Shown: positions 23,102 to 32,858 of the stretch, piece after piece
How the letters are laid out: each line of letters opens with the position of its first letter
How positions within the stretch are numbered: position 1 is the first letter of the stretch
Assembly (NCBI GenBank): GCA_963822225.1
Contig: CAWGGW010000002.1
Span: 772,489 to 836,488 of the forward strand
Source: an uncultured Acidobacteriaceae bacterium
GTDB taxonomy: Bacteria > Acidobacteriota > Terriglobia > Terriglobales > Acidobacteriaceae
DNA length: 64,000 nucleotides
Direction of reading: 5' to 3'
Notes under the pieces: model-generated
Told to the model about the DNA's origin: nothing
The model's database searches: none
The model's input: only the letters and a program-made list of their open reading frames with translations
Program-made: the position numbers and the translations under genes

Positions 23102-24094
23102 ATGCAGCAGGAGACCCCGCATACAGGATACGAAGCAGGCTACGCCGACATCCCCGGCGCCCGGGTGCATTTTCTGCATGCGGGAATCGGTGCCCCAATG
23201 CTCCTTGTCCACGGCATGGTCGGCTCCAGTGAAAATTGGCGTGGCAATGTCGAAGTCCTCGCCCAGCACGCCAGCGTTTACGCCATCGACCTGGTCAACA
23301 TGGGCAAATCCCAACGCGTCACCGGAGTCGATCCCACTCTAAAAGCCACCGCGAATCGCCTCATGGCCGTAATGGACGCACTCAACCTCGCTGCTGCCGA
23401 CATCGTTGCGCACTCGCATGGCGGATCGGTGGCCTTGATGTTGGCTGCGCTGCACCCCACTCGCGTTCGTAGGCTCCTCCTCTTCGCACCCGCCAATCCG
23501 TATAGTCGCTCCAGCGATCTCATGGTCCGCGTTTACAGTTCGCGCTGGGGCGGCGTCCTCGGACATATGCTGCCCTACCTTCCCTCTCCCCTCCAGCGCA
23601 TTGCTCTCGGAGAAATGTACGGAGGATCACACCGCGTCCCCGACAAATGTCTGCAGGAAATTGTTGACAGCCTTCGAAGCCCGGCCACCCTACGTCATGT
23701 CCTCTGCATCATCCGCTGCTGGTTCGCCGAAATGACAAAGCTGAAAACCGCGCTACGCCGGGTCAAGAGGACGCCAACCCTCCTCGTGTGGGGCGATTGT
23801 GACTGCACGGTCAGTCTGGACTCCGGTGTCAAGCTCAGCCGCAAGCTCCGCAACTCCGAACTCGCGGTGCTGCCGCTTGGAGGCCACTCCGTCTTCGAGG
23901 AGATGCCCGAGGCGTCAAATCGTATCATGCTGGATTGGCTCGCCCGACATCCCATCCGCGAACTCCATTCTCACAGCGCTCTCGTTACGCCCGAGACGCT
24001 TCCGCGATGTGCTGCGTCTTCCGACTCGGTCAAGGGCCAAGAAGGGGTGCCAAGCGCCCCGAAAGCAATCGTGGACGAGCTGCTCGCCGGATAG
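23102..24094 (+). CDS. alpha/beta hydrolase
   Basis: LLVHG, AHSHGG nucleophile elbow, WGDCD, GGHSVFEE. Confidence 0.88.
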   Translation: MQQETPHTGYEAGYADIPGARVHFLHAGIGAPMLLVHGMVGSSENWRGNVEVLAQHASVYAIDLVNMGKSQRVTGVDPTLKATANRLMAVMDALNLAAADIVAHSHGGSVALMLAALHPTRVRRLLLFAPANPYSRSSDLMVRVYSSRWGGVLGHMLPYLPSPLQRIALGEMYGGSHRVPDKCLQEIVDSLRSPATLRHVLCIIRCWFAEMTKLKTALRRVKRTPTLLVWGDCDCTVSLDSGVKLSRKLRNSELAVLPLGGHSVFEEMPEASNRIMLDWLARHPIRELHSHSALVTPETLPRCAASSDSVKGQEGVPSAPKAIVDELLAG

Positions 24095-24454
24095 GATGCG
24101 TGATGAACCCGCAGGCACAACATCGAGTTGACGTCGAGAGGTAGTACAAGCGCGCAGGACTTGGCCTAAAGAAACGTTGAACACCAGCCTTTGAACGCCT
24201 ATCCGCATCGCGAGATTGCTCGCGGTTCGCCTACATTAGCCGAGACATCGGACCGTCGCGATCTCATCGCCGGGACCCCAGGTTTCGGTTTGCGGTCTGA
24301 CCACTTAACCAACGACAAATATCGCCCGCAAACCACACAACTGCGGGTCGATTCTGTCGCGTTATTCACTGGACTGTTTCATCTGCAAGCCTATACACTC
24401 CGCGGCGGACAACTATCCACTTCCTCGCAAGTGTGAACTTATTGGAGGCTTCAA

Positions 24455-27400
24455 ATGCGGATTCGTAGGTTAAGCGTCGCTTTCACTCTCTTTCTTGTCT
24501 GCGTTTTCGCCTGCAGATTCACCTCTGCTCAAGCGGTCAATGGCACTATTTTGGGCACGGTCACGGATCCGACTGGCGCCACCGTTGCAAACGCTCAGGT
24601 CACCATCGAGTTGACGGGTCAGAATATTGTTCACACTTCGGTCACGAATGAGAGTGGCAATTTCACCGAACCTGATCTTCCCCCGGGCACATACAATGTC
24701 ACGGTCGCCGCCCCGGGTTTCAAGAAAGAAACACGCGAGAACATCGAGCTGCTTACGAACACCACATCACGCGTCGATGTCAGCCTTACGACTGGCAGCG
24801 TGGCTGAAACTATCACCGTCACCACCGCCCCTGCGTTGCTGCAAACCGACCGCGCCGACATCTCCACCAACATCGAAGCGCACCAGATCGCAAACCTGCC
24901 GCTGAGTTCCGGTAACAGCTTCCAGTCGCTGCTCAACGTCGTACCCGGCATGGCGCCTGTGGTATTCAACAACTCGCAGTTCTACAACGCCAACAACGAT
25001 CTATCCACTAACGCCAACGGTCAATCCTCTTACGTCAACCTCTACCAGATTGAGGGTATCGACGACGACCAGCGCACTGGTATCCACATCATTCTTGTCC
25101 CACCTGCCGCCGCCATCCAGAGTGTCGACATCACCACAAACAACTTCGAAGCCGAGTTTGGCCGCGCCGTAGGCACCGTCGTCAACGTCACTCTCAAATC
25201 CGGCACCAATCAGTTTCATGGCTCTCTCTTCCAGAACATGGAAAACAACGGCGTCAACGCTCGCAACTACTTCGCCACTGGCCCCAACGGACGCCTCGTC
25301 TATAACTACACCGGCGCCTCTATCGGCGGCCCCATCTTCAAGGACAAGCTATTTATCTTCGGCGACTTCCTTCGTGTCTCCGATCACGAATCCAGTACAG
25401 TCAACGCAAATATCCCATTCTTCAATGTCGTCGGCAACAATCTCAATCTTTCGGGCTACTCCGGGCAGGTTTACGACCCCAACACCGGCGATACGGCAGA
25501 TTGTCTCGGCGGAGCAAATGCTAATGCTTGCGGCACTGGCCGCGTTCCCTTTGCTGGCAACATCATCCCGCTGACGAATTCGGGAATTAACCCTGTTGGC
25601 CTCAAGGTTCTAACCGACATCGATGCCTTGGCAAGAAATCCCGCGAAGAACCTGGCCTCCGCTAAGTACATCGCTGGCACAACCACCAACAACTTCTCGC
25701 AGAATCTTCCCTTCAGTAAGGATTCATGGAGTTACGACATCAAAGGTGACTACAACATCACCAAGAAGGACCATTTGAGTGGCCGCTATAGCCACCAGAG
25801 CACGACAACATTTCAGGCGCCGCTTTTTGGTGCGTTCTACGGAGGCCCCGCAGGCGGAGGATTTGAAGCGACCGGAATCGCCAATGCCTACAGCACCGGC
25901 GGCAACTACGACCATATCTTCTCGCCCACACTCTTCACTGAGGCACGCATAGGTGTAGCTCACCTGCGCAATTCTGCCCAGCAAACTGACTACGGCAGCA
26001 ACGACGCTAAGGCGCTTGGCATCCCCGGCAACGGCCCCAACGGCACCAACAATGTCATCACCAGCAGCGGGCAGGTAGCCTTCTCCGTAAATAACTTCAC
26101 CTCTCCGTTCATTGGCTACTCCGCATCGTTGCCTTGGCTTCGCGCGGAGTCGAATATCGACTTCGCCAACAACTGGACCAAGATCATTGGCAATCACGCA
26201 CTCAAGGCTGGCGCGGACATACGTCGCGTTCGAGATGATCTCCTTCAGGGAAACAACAACGCAGCCGCCGGACAGTTCTACTTCAACGAAAATCCAACCT
26301 CAGCCCCCGGCGCTTCTTCATTTAACGGCGCTGTAACCGGTCAGGCCAATGACGTCGCAGGCGTTCTATTCGACGTCCCATATCAGGTCGGCCAGGATAC
26401 CAACAGCACGTTCCCCTGCTATCGGCAAACTTGGCTCTTCTTCTTCGCTTCAGATAAATGGCAGGCCACTTCCAAACTCACAGTCGATCTCGGCCTCCGC
26501 TGGGAACTCTATCCACCCGCCACGCCACGCAAACCCGGCGGCTTCGTAAACTACAACCCAACCAATAACGGCCTCGTAATGGCCGGCCTCTATGGAAATC
26601 CTTCCAACCTGGGCATGCAGACCGACTACAGGAATTGGGCTCCCCGCCTCGGCGTGTCCTATCGCGCTTCGGAAACCACCGTCGTTCGCGCCGGATTCGG
26701 CGTCAGCTACGTCCCCTTCATCGACAACTCCTACGCCTATAACTACCCCATCAAAACCAGCACATTTTACACCATCACCCCAACTTACGGAGCGGCACTT
26801 AATCCCGCGGGCGGCGTCGTCAATCTCGTCACCGGCGTTCCAGCCACCCCAACTGTTGCATTCCCGTCAAACGGAACCCTCATCGAAACCGCAGCCAACG
26901 GCACCATCGGCCTTGCCAATCTCTACATCCCGCTCAACTTCAGGAACGCCTACGTTTCCTCCTGGAATGCGGTCGTGCAGCAGGCACTGAAGCACGATAT
27001 GTCCCTGCAGGTTGCCTACGTTGCCAACCACGGCACCCGCATCGACGTCGCGCAGAACGTCAATCAGCCTCTGATCTATGGTCAGAGCGCAACCTACGAT
27101 CCCTATAACCACGCAGCCGATGGCGTAACCCCGACCTTCCTCAAGACCGCCGCGGTCACGCAATACTTCATCGGCTACTCCACCAACTACGAATCGCTCC
27201 AGATCCAACTGACCCGTCGCATGCATAATCACCTGGCTTTCATGTCGGCTCTCACCTGGGGCAAAGCGCAGGGTTACGGAACCGGTCCCCAGGACGGCAA
27301 CATAATGTTCTGGAGTGGCCCTGTGCGCCGCAACTACAACCTGGTCGACTTCGACCGCAAGCTCAACTTCGAGCAGACAATCACCTACGAACTGCCGGCA

Positions 27401-27955
27401 GGACCTGGCCACGATCTCTTCGCTACCGGACCGACCGCTTACATCCTTGGAGGTTGGAGACTCTCGGCAATCATCTCCGCAGTCTCCGGTCTGCCCTTTA
27501 CCATTTCCACCGGCAGCGCTACCGGTGGTACGACCCAGACCGTCAATCAGGTTGCGCCCTATCAGGTCACGCATGCCGTCGCGGGCGGTACCAATGCCGC
27601 GGTTACGTGGTTCAATCCCGCCTCGTTCGCCGCACCACCCACCTGCGTTGCCTACACACCTGCGAATCCTGTCCCTTGCGCCGTCGGCAACACGCAGCGC
27701 AATCAGTTCCGTGGCCCCGCTTACTTCTCTGACAATCTGTCCCTCTTCAAGAGCTTTCCCATGTGGCGCGAATCCAATCTGGAAGCGCGATTCGATGCCT
27801 TCAACATGTCCAACACTCCTGCCTTCGGCCTACCCAACGGCTCGCTTGGCTCCAACCTCGGCAAGATCACCGGCACCCTCGGCAGCGGCGTCGGCAACGT
27901 GAATGGCGTAGGCGGTCCACGCATTCTCCAGGCATCCGTCAAAATAAGCTTTTAA
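24455..27955 (+). CDS. TonB-dependent receptor with N-terminal carboxypeptidase-regulatory-like domain (Oar type)
   Basis: GTILGTVTDPTGA, AEFGR, KSGTNQFHG, LGLRWE, APRLG and terminal PRILQASVKISF motifs. Confidence 0.93.
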   Translation: MRIRRLSVAFTLFLVCVFACRFTSAQAVNGTILGTVTDPTGATVANAQVTIELTGQNIVHTSVTNESGNFTEPDLPPGTYNVTVAAPGFKKETRENIELLTNTTSRVDVSLTTGSVAETITVTTAPALLQTDRADISTNIEAHQIANLPLSSGNSFQSLLNVVPGMAPVVFNNSQFYNANNDLSTNANGQSSYVNLYQIEGIDDDQRTGIHIILVPPAAAIQSVDITTNNFEAEFGRAVGTVVNVTLKSGTNQFHGSLFQNMENNGVNARNYFATGPNGRLVYNYTGASIGGPIFKDKLFIFGDFLRVSDHESSTVNANIPFFNVVGNNLNLSGYSGQVYDPNTGDTADCLGGANANACGTGRVPFAGNIIPLTNSGINPVGLKVLTDIDALARNPAKNLASAKYIAGTTTNNFSQNLPFSKDSWSYDIKGDYNITKKDHLSGRYSHQSTTTFQAPLFGAFYGGPAGGGFEATGIANAYSTGGNYDHIFSPTLFTEARIGVAHLRNSAQQTDYGSNDAKALGIPGNGPNGTNNVITSSGQVAFSVNNFTSPFIGYSASLPWLRAESNIDFANNWTKIIGNHALKAGADIRRVRDDLLQGNNNAAAGQFYFNENPTSAPGASSFNGAVTGQANDVAGVLFDVPYQVGQDTNSTFPCYRQTWLFFFASDKWQATSKLTVDLGLRWELYPPATPRKPGGFVNYNPTNNGLVMAGLYGNPSNLGMQTDYRNWAPRLGVSYRASETTVVRAGFGVSYVPFIDNSYAYNYPIKTSTFYTITPTYGAALNPAGGVVNLVTGVPATPTVAFPSNGTLIETAANGTIGLANLYIPLNFRNAYVSSWNAVVQQALKHDMSLQVAYVANHGTRIDVAQNVNQPLIYGQSATYDPYNHAADGVTPTFLKTAAVTQYFIGYSTNYESLQIQLTRRMHNHLAFMSALTWGKAQGYGTGPQDGNIMFWSGPVRRNYNLVDFDRKLNFEQTITYELPAGPGHDLFATGPTAYILGGWRLSAIISAVSGLPFTISTGSATGGTTQTVNQVAPYQVTHAVAGGTNAAVTWFNPASFAAPPTCVAYTPANPVPCAVGNTQRNQFRGPAYFSDNLSLFKSFPMWRESNLEARFDAFNMSNTPAFGLPNGSLGSNLGKITGTLGSGVGNVNGVGGPRILQASVKISF

Positions 27956-27970
27956 TAACAACTCCGGACT

Positions 27971-28009
27971 CCCATTCATGACGATTCCACCGTCGTGGAT
28001 GGGGTTTTT
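27971..28009 (+). terminator. intrinsic terminator
   Basis: CCCATTCATGACG / CGTCGTGGATGGG stem (with G-U pairs) followed by a T run, just after the TBDT stop. Confidence 0.7.
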
Positions 28010-28155
28010 CCCTTCCTTGTTCGAATGCGCGGCGAACGAGATCGTCTCATATTTACGGAGGGCATACGCCTAGATTAAGTGCGCGTGTATTGTTCGAAAA
28101 TGGCAGTAAACGCGAAGGCGGGGATTACTGCGTTCCGCTCGGGTTGGCGTCGAGC

Positions 28156-29517
28156 TTAGGCGCCGAGTTCGGTGCGGATAGCATTGGCGATGGTTTGGGC
28201 GTGGTGGTGCATGAGAGGTTCGGACTCGGCCTCGATCATGACGCGCGCGAGGGCTTCGGTGCCGGAATAGCGGATGACGACCCGGCCCGAGTCGGCGAGA
28301 GCGAGTTCGGCAGCGGCGATGGCGGCGGCTATGGTGGGGATCTGGTCGAGCGGGCGCTTTTCGCGGACGTGCACGTTGACGATTACCTGTGGGAAGGTCT
28401 TTAGGTCGGCTGTCAGTTCGGCTAGTGTTTTGCCCGATCTGTGGACGATGTCGAGCAGCAGGAGGGCGGTGAGGAGGCCGTCACCGGTGGTGGAGCGGCC
28501 GGAGAAGATGATATGGCCGGATTGTTCGCCGCCGAGAGCCGCGCCGGTGGAGAGCATCTGCTCGAGGACGTACTTGTCGCCGACGGGGGCGCGCAGCATC
28601 TTGATTTCGCTGCGCTTGAGGGCGGCTTCGAGACCCATGTTGGACATGGTGGTGGCGACCACGGTGGAGTTGGTGAGGAGGTTGAGGGCTTTTAGGTGGC
28701 GGGCGGCGAGGAGGAGGACGGCGTCTCCGTTGACGACTTTGCCGTTCTCATCGGCAAAGAGGGCGCGGTCGGCGTCTCCGTCGAAGGTGATGCCCATGGA
28801 GGCTTTGTGCTTGACGACTTCGGCGGCGACGACGTTAGGGTGGAGGGCGCCGCAGTTCTCGTTGATGTTGCGCCCGTTGGGGGAGGAGTGGGTGAGGATA
28901 ACTTCTCCTCCGCCGTTGTGGTTGAGTTCGGCGAAGAGTTGAGGGGCGATGGCGGAGGCTGCTCCGTTGGCGCAGTCGACGACGATGCAGCGGCCGTCGA
29001 GAGAGAGGTTGGGGACGGCGGCGAGGAGGAAGCGGATATATTCGGCGCGGTCGGAATCGTTGACGGGGGGAGGCACTGGAGAAGCAGATCCCTTCGCTTC
29101 GCTGCGGGATGACAAATCGAGGTGGCGGAAGATTTCGGTTTCGATGGCGATTTCGGTGGAATCCGGGAGTTTGAAGCCGTCGGCGCCGAAGAGCTTGATT
29201 CCGTTGTCCTGCCAGGGGTTGTGGGAGGCGGAAATGACGATGCCAGCGGAGAAGGAGTGGGCGTGAGCGAGAAAGGCTACGGCCGGGGTGGTGATGACGC
29301 CTGCGGATTCGACGGTAGCGCCTCCTGCGGTGAGGCCGGCGGTGAGGCCGGCGGCGATCCAGTCGGAGGACTCGCGAGTGTCCTGGCCGATGATGACCTT
29401 TGGTGAGCTGCCGAGGTGGTGGGCGAGAGCGAGGCCGACGGCGTGGATGGTGGCGGGGTCGAGGGGGGACTGGCCCGCGACTCCACGAATGCCGTCGGTT
29501 CCGAAGAGCTTCTTCAT
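28156..29517 (-). CDS. glmM: phosphoglucosamine mutase
   Basis: LFGTDGIRG, ISASHNP phosphoserine motif, FDGDADR, GGEQSGH, RYSGTE. Confidence 0.96.
   Translation of the reverse strand: MKKLFGTDGIRGVAGQSPLDPATIHAVGLALAHHLGSSPKVIIGQDTRESSDWIAAGLTAGLTAGGATVESAGVITTPAVAFLAHAHSFSAGIVISASHNPWQDNGIKLFGADGFKLPDSTEIAIETEIFRHLDLSSRSEAKGSASPVPPPVNDSDRAEYIRFLLAAVPNLSLDGRCIVVDCANGAASAIAPQLFAELNHNGGGEVILTHSSPNGRNINENCGALHPNVVAAEVVKHKASMGITFDGDADRALFADENGKVVNGDAVLLLAARHLKALNLLTNSTVVATTMSNMGLEAALKRSEIKMLRAPVGDKYVLEQMLSTGAALGGEQSGHIIFSGRSTTGDGLLTALLLLDIVHRSGKTLAELTADLKTFPQVIVNVHVREKRPLDQIPTIAAAIAAAELALADSGRVVIRYSGTEALARVMIEAESEPLMHHHAQTIANAIRTELGA
29080..29115 (-). repeat. REP/RPE-like palindromic element translated inside glmM
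   Basis: TTGTCATCCCGCAGCGAAGCGAAGGGATCTGCTTCT has an ATCCC/GGGAT stem with an inner GC-GAA-GC and encodes LSSRSEAKGSAS. Confidence 0.65.
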
Positions 29518-29658
29518 CAAATGGATCTCCCTGTCTATTATCAGCGGGATTGATATGTTAAGGTAGCCTTACAAGAACAACTTCTGCGCGGCGCCGGAGT
29601 CCTATAGGGCTTGGTGTGTCGGCCGGAAGAGCAAAAATTCCAGGCCTTATGAGGGTGG

Positions 29659-32600
29659 ATGGGAATACAGGTAGCTCTCAATCACCGGACAGAGTACCGG
29701 TACGACAAAGCGGTCTTCCTCGGTCCACAGGTGATACAGTTGCGCCCGGCCCCGCATTGCCGAACGCCGATCCTGAGCTACTCGCTGAGCGTGGTTCCGG
29801 CGGACAACATTCTGAAGTGGCAGCTTGATCCATTTTCGAACCATGTTGCGCGCGTGCTGTTCTCCCGGAAAACGACGGAATTCTGCGTCGAGGTGAACCT
29901 GGTTGCGGAATTATCGCCATTCAATCCATTCGATTTTTTTCTAGAACCGCAGGTTGCGGAGTATCCGTTTGAGTATGCGGCGGAGCTGGTTGGGGATTTG
30001 AAGCCGTATCTTGCGAAGGAGCCGGCTGGGCCCCTGCTAAGCGAATTTCTTGCGGAGTTTGCGGGAAAGAAACGTGGGACGGTTGCGTTTCTTGCGGATC
30101 TGAACAAGGGAGTGAGGGACAAGGTCGCCTATGGATCCCGGATGGAGCCGGGGGTGCAGGGCTGCGAGGAGACTCTGGAGAAGAAGCTGGGATCGTGTCG
30201 CGATTCGGCATGGCTGCTGGTGCAGGCACTGCGGCACCTGGGAGTTGCGGCGCGATTTGTGTCTGGGTATCTGATCCAGCTGGCGACGGACGATGAAGAC
30301 GGGCCGAAGGCTGATTCGGCTGACCTGCATGCGTGGGCGGAGGCCTATCTGCCGGGAGCAGGGTGGATTGGGATGGATGCGACGTCGGGGATGTTCGCGG
30401 CGGAGGGACACATTCCACTGGTGTGCACGCCGAGTGCGGCAAATGCTGCTCCGATTGGCGGGACGGTGGAACCCGCGGGCGTGGAGTTTGGCTACTTGAT
30501 GACGGTGAAGCGATTGAATGATGTTCCGCGGGTGTCGCGGCCGTTCAGCGAAGAGGACTGGGCGAAGGTTGAAGAGGTTGCGCACAAGGTGGACGCGGAT
30601 CTTGCGGCCGAGGATGTGCGGTTGACGATGGGTGGCGAGCCGACCTTTGTGGGGCTGGATGAGCCGGAGAGTCCACAGTGGAATATCGATGCGATGGGAC
30701 CGGAGAAGCGGCTGCGTGGGCTGGCGCTGATTCAGCGGCTGCGCGACAAAGTTGCGCCGGGAGCGATGCTGCATTACGGGCAAGGGAAGTGGTACCCGGG
30801 GGAGCCGCTGCCGCGATGGGCGCTGAGTTGCTACTGGAGAGCGGACGGCGTGCCGGTGTGGGAAAAGCGCGAACTGATAGCGGATGAAGGCAAAGACTAT
30901 GGGTTTAGCGTGGGCGATGCGCTGAAGTTCGGCGAGGCTCTGGCGCGGCGGCTGCAGGTGACGGCGAAGAATCTGCTACCTGTTTACGAACCGGCTGAAG
31001 AAGCGGCGGAGCCTGCTGGATATGTGCTACCGCTGAGGCGGAGACAACCAGGAGGGAAATTGAGCTGGTCGAGCCAGCTTTGGTTTGAGCGGCCCGAACG
31101 GGTTGTGCTGCTTGTGGGGGATTCGCCGATAGGGTTTCGGATACCGATGGAAGTGATGCCGTGGGTCGCTCCTGATGAACTGACTTATGAGCATGAGGCA
31201 GCGCCGTTTGAGGATCGGGTGAGGCTTCCGATTCGTCCGGCCGAGACGGCCTAGTTTGTTCCGGGTTGAGCCGGAGGCCGATCCGCTGCCGCCGTTGTCG
31301 AGCACGGCGGAGACGGCTACGGAGTTGATACGGCCTTCGCTCTGCATCGAGGCGCGTGAGGGGCGGATGCATGTGTTTCTGCCGTACGCGTCGAAGCTGG
31401 CGGATTATCTGGATGTGGTATCGGCGGTGGAGGATACTGCCCGTTATCTGGATATGCCGGTTTGGCTGGAGGGTTACACGCCGCCTGCTGATCCGCGGCT
31501 TCGTTTCTTCAGCGTTACGCCGGATCCCGGAGTGCTCGAGGTGAATCTGCCGCCGGCCAGCACTTGGGACGAGTTGGAGGCGCTGAATGCGCTGCTGTTC
31601 GAGGAGGCTCGGGCGGAGCGGTTGACGGCGGAGAAGTTCAATTATGACGGCGGCCATGTGGCGACGGGCGGAGGCAGCCACATCGTGATTGGCGGAGCGA
31701 CGGTGCTGGATAGCCCGCTGCTCCGACGGCCGGATCTGTTGCGGAGCATGGTGGCGTTCTGGCAGAACCATCCTTCGCTGTCGTACTTGTTTTCGGGGAT
31801 GTACGTGGGGCCGACGAGCCAGTATCCGCGGGTGGATGAGGCGCGGATGGATGGGCTGTATGAGTTGGAGGTTGCGTTCAGAAATCTGCCGGTGAAGGAC
31901 TGCGAGCCGTGGATTGTGGATGGATTGTTTCGCAACCTGCTGGTGGATGTGACGGGGAATTCGCATCGGGCTGAGTTTTGCCTGGACAAGCTTTTTCCGC
32001 CGGAGGGACGCGGGCTTCGGCTTGGGTTGCTGGAGTTGCGCGCGTTTGAGATGACTCCGCATTTGCGCATGGGGTTGGCTGAATCTGTTGCTGATCCGGG
32101 CGCTGGTGGCGACGTTCTGGAGAGAGCCGTTTGAGGGCGAGCTTGGTGCGGTGGGGTACTGCGCTGCATGACCGGTTTATGCTGCCGCATTTTGTGCGAA
32201 AGGATTTTGCCGAAGTGCTGGCGCTGCTGCGCGCGTGCTGGATACGATTTCGATGAGCGGTGGTTTGCGGCGCAGTTTGAGTTTCGTTTTCCGAAGATCG
32301 GTTCGATTGCGGCGGAGGGAGTCGGGCTGGAGTTGCGGCACGGTTTGGAGCCCTGGAACGTGCTGGCGGAAGAGACGACTTCGGGTGGAACGGTGCGCAG
32401 CGTGGACTCATCGCTGGAGCGGATCCAGGTGAAGGTATCGGGATTCATGACGGAAGGGCGTTACGCGGTTGCATGCAATGGCCGACGTGTGCCGCTGACG
32501 GCTACGGGTATGCCAGGCGAGTTCGTGGCGGGGGTGAGGTTTCGCGCGCGGCAGTTGTCGGCGCTACTACATCCGACGGTGCCTGTGCATGCGCCGTTGG

Positions 32601-32858
32601 TGTTCGACCTTATTGACGGCTGGAAGGATCGTTCGATCGGGCGATGCATCTACCACACGACACCCCCGAATGGACGCGTGTACACGGCGCGGCCGAGCCA
32701 ATGCAACCGAGGCCGAGGAGCGGCGTAGGGAGCGTTTTGCAGAGGCTGCTCCTGCGGCGGGAGTGATGGAGGCGCCGGAAAAAGAGATGAATGCGAGTTT
32801 TCCGCTGACACTCGATTTTCGGCTGCCTGTGCCGGAAAGGTCAGGCGTGGCGCGATGA
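29659..32858 (+). CDS. transglutaminase-like + DUF2126 putative amidoligase fusion (several frameshifts, 31240-32700)
   Basis: GSCRDSAW / DLHAWAE / DATSG catalytic triad; [40 protein letters not shown] and FPLTLDFR motifs across ORFs. Confidence 0.88.

Noticed and set aside
24360-28155. oriC call
   Set aside because: Only imperfect DnaA-box-like matches, 3.6 kb from the skew switch. No dnaA/dnaN and no clear AT-rich unwinding element.
31230-32710. Programmed frameshifting in the DUF2126 gene
   Set aside because: Several unrelated breaks without canonical slippery heptamers, matching the window-wide error pattern.
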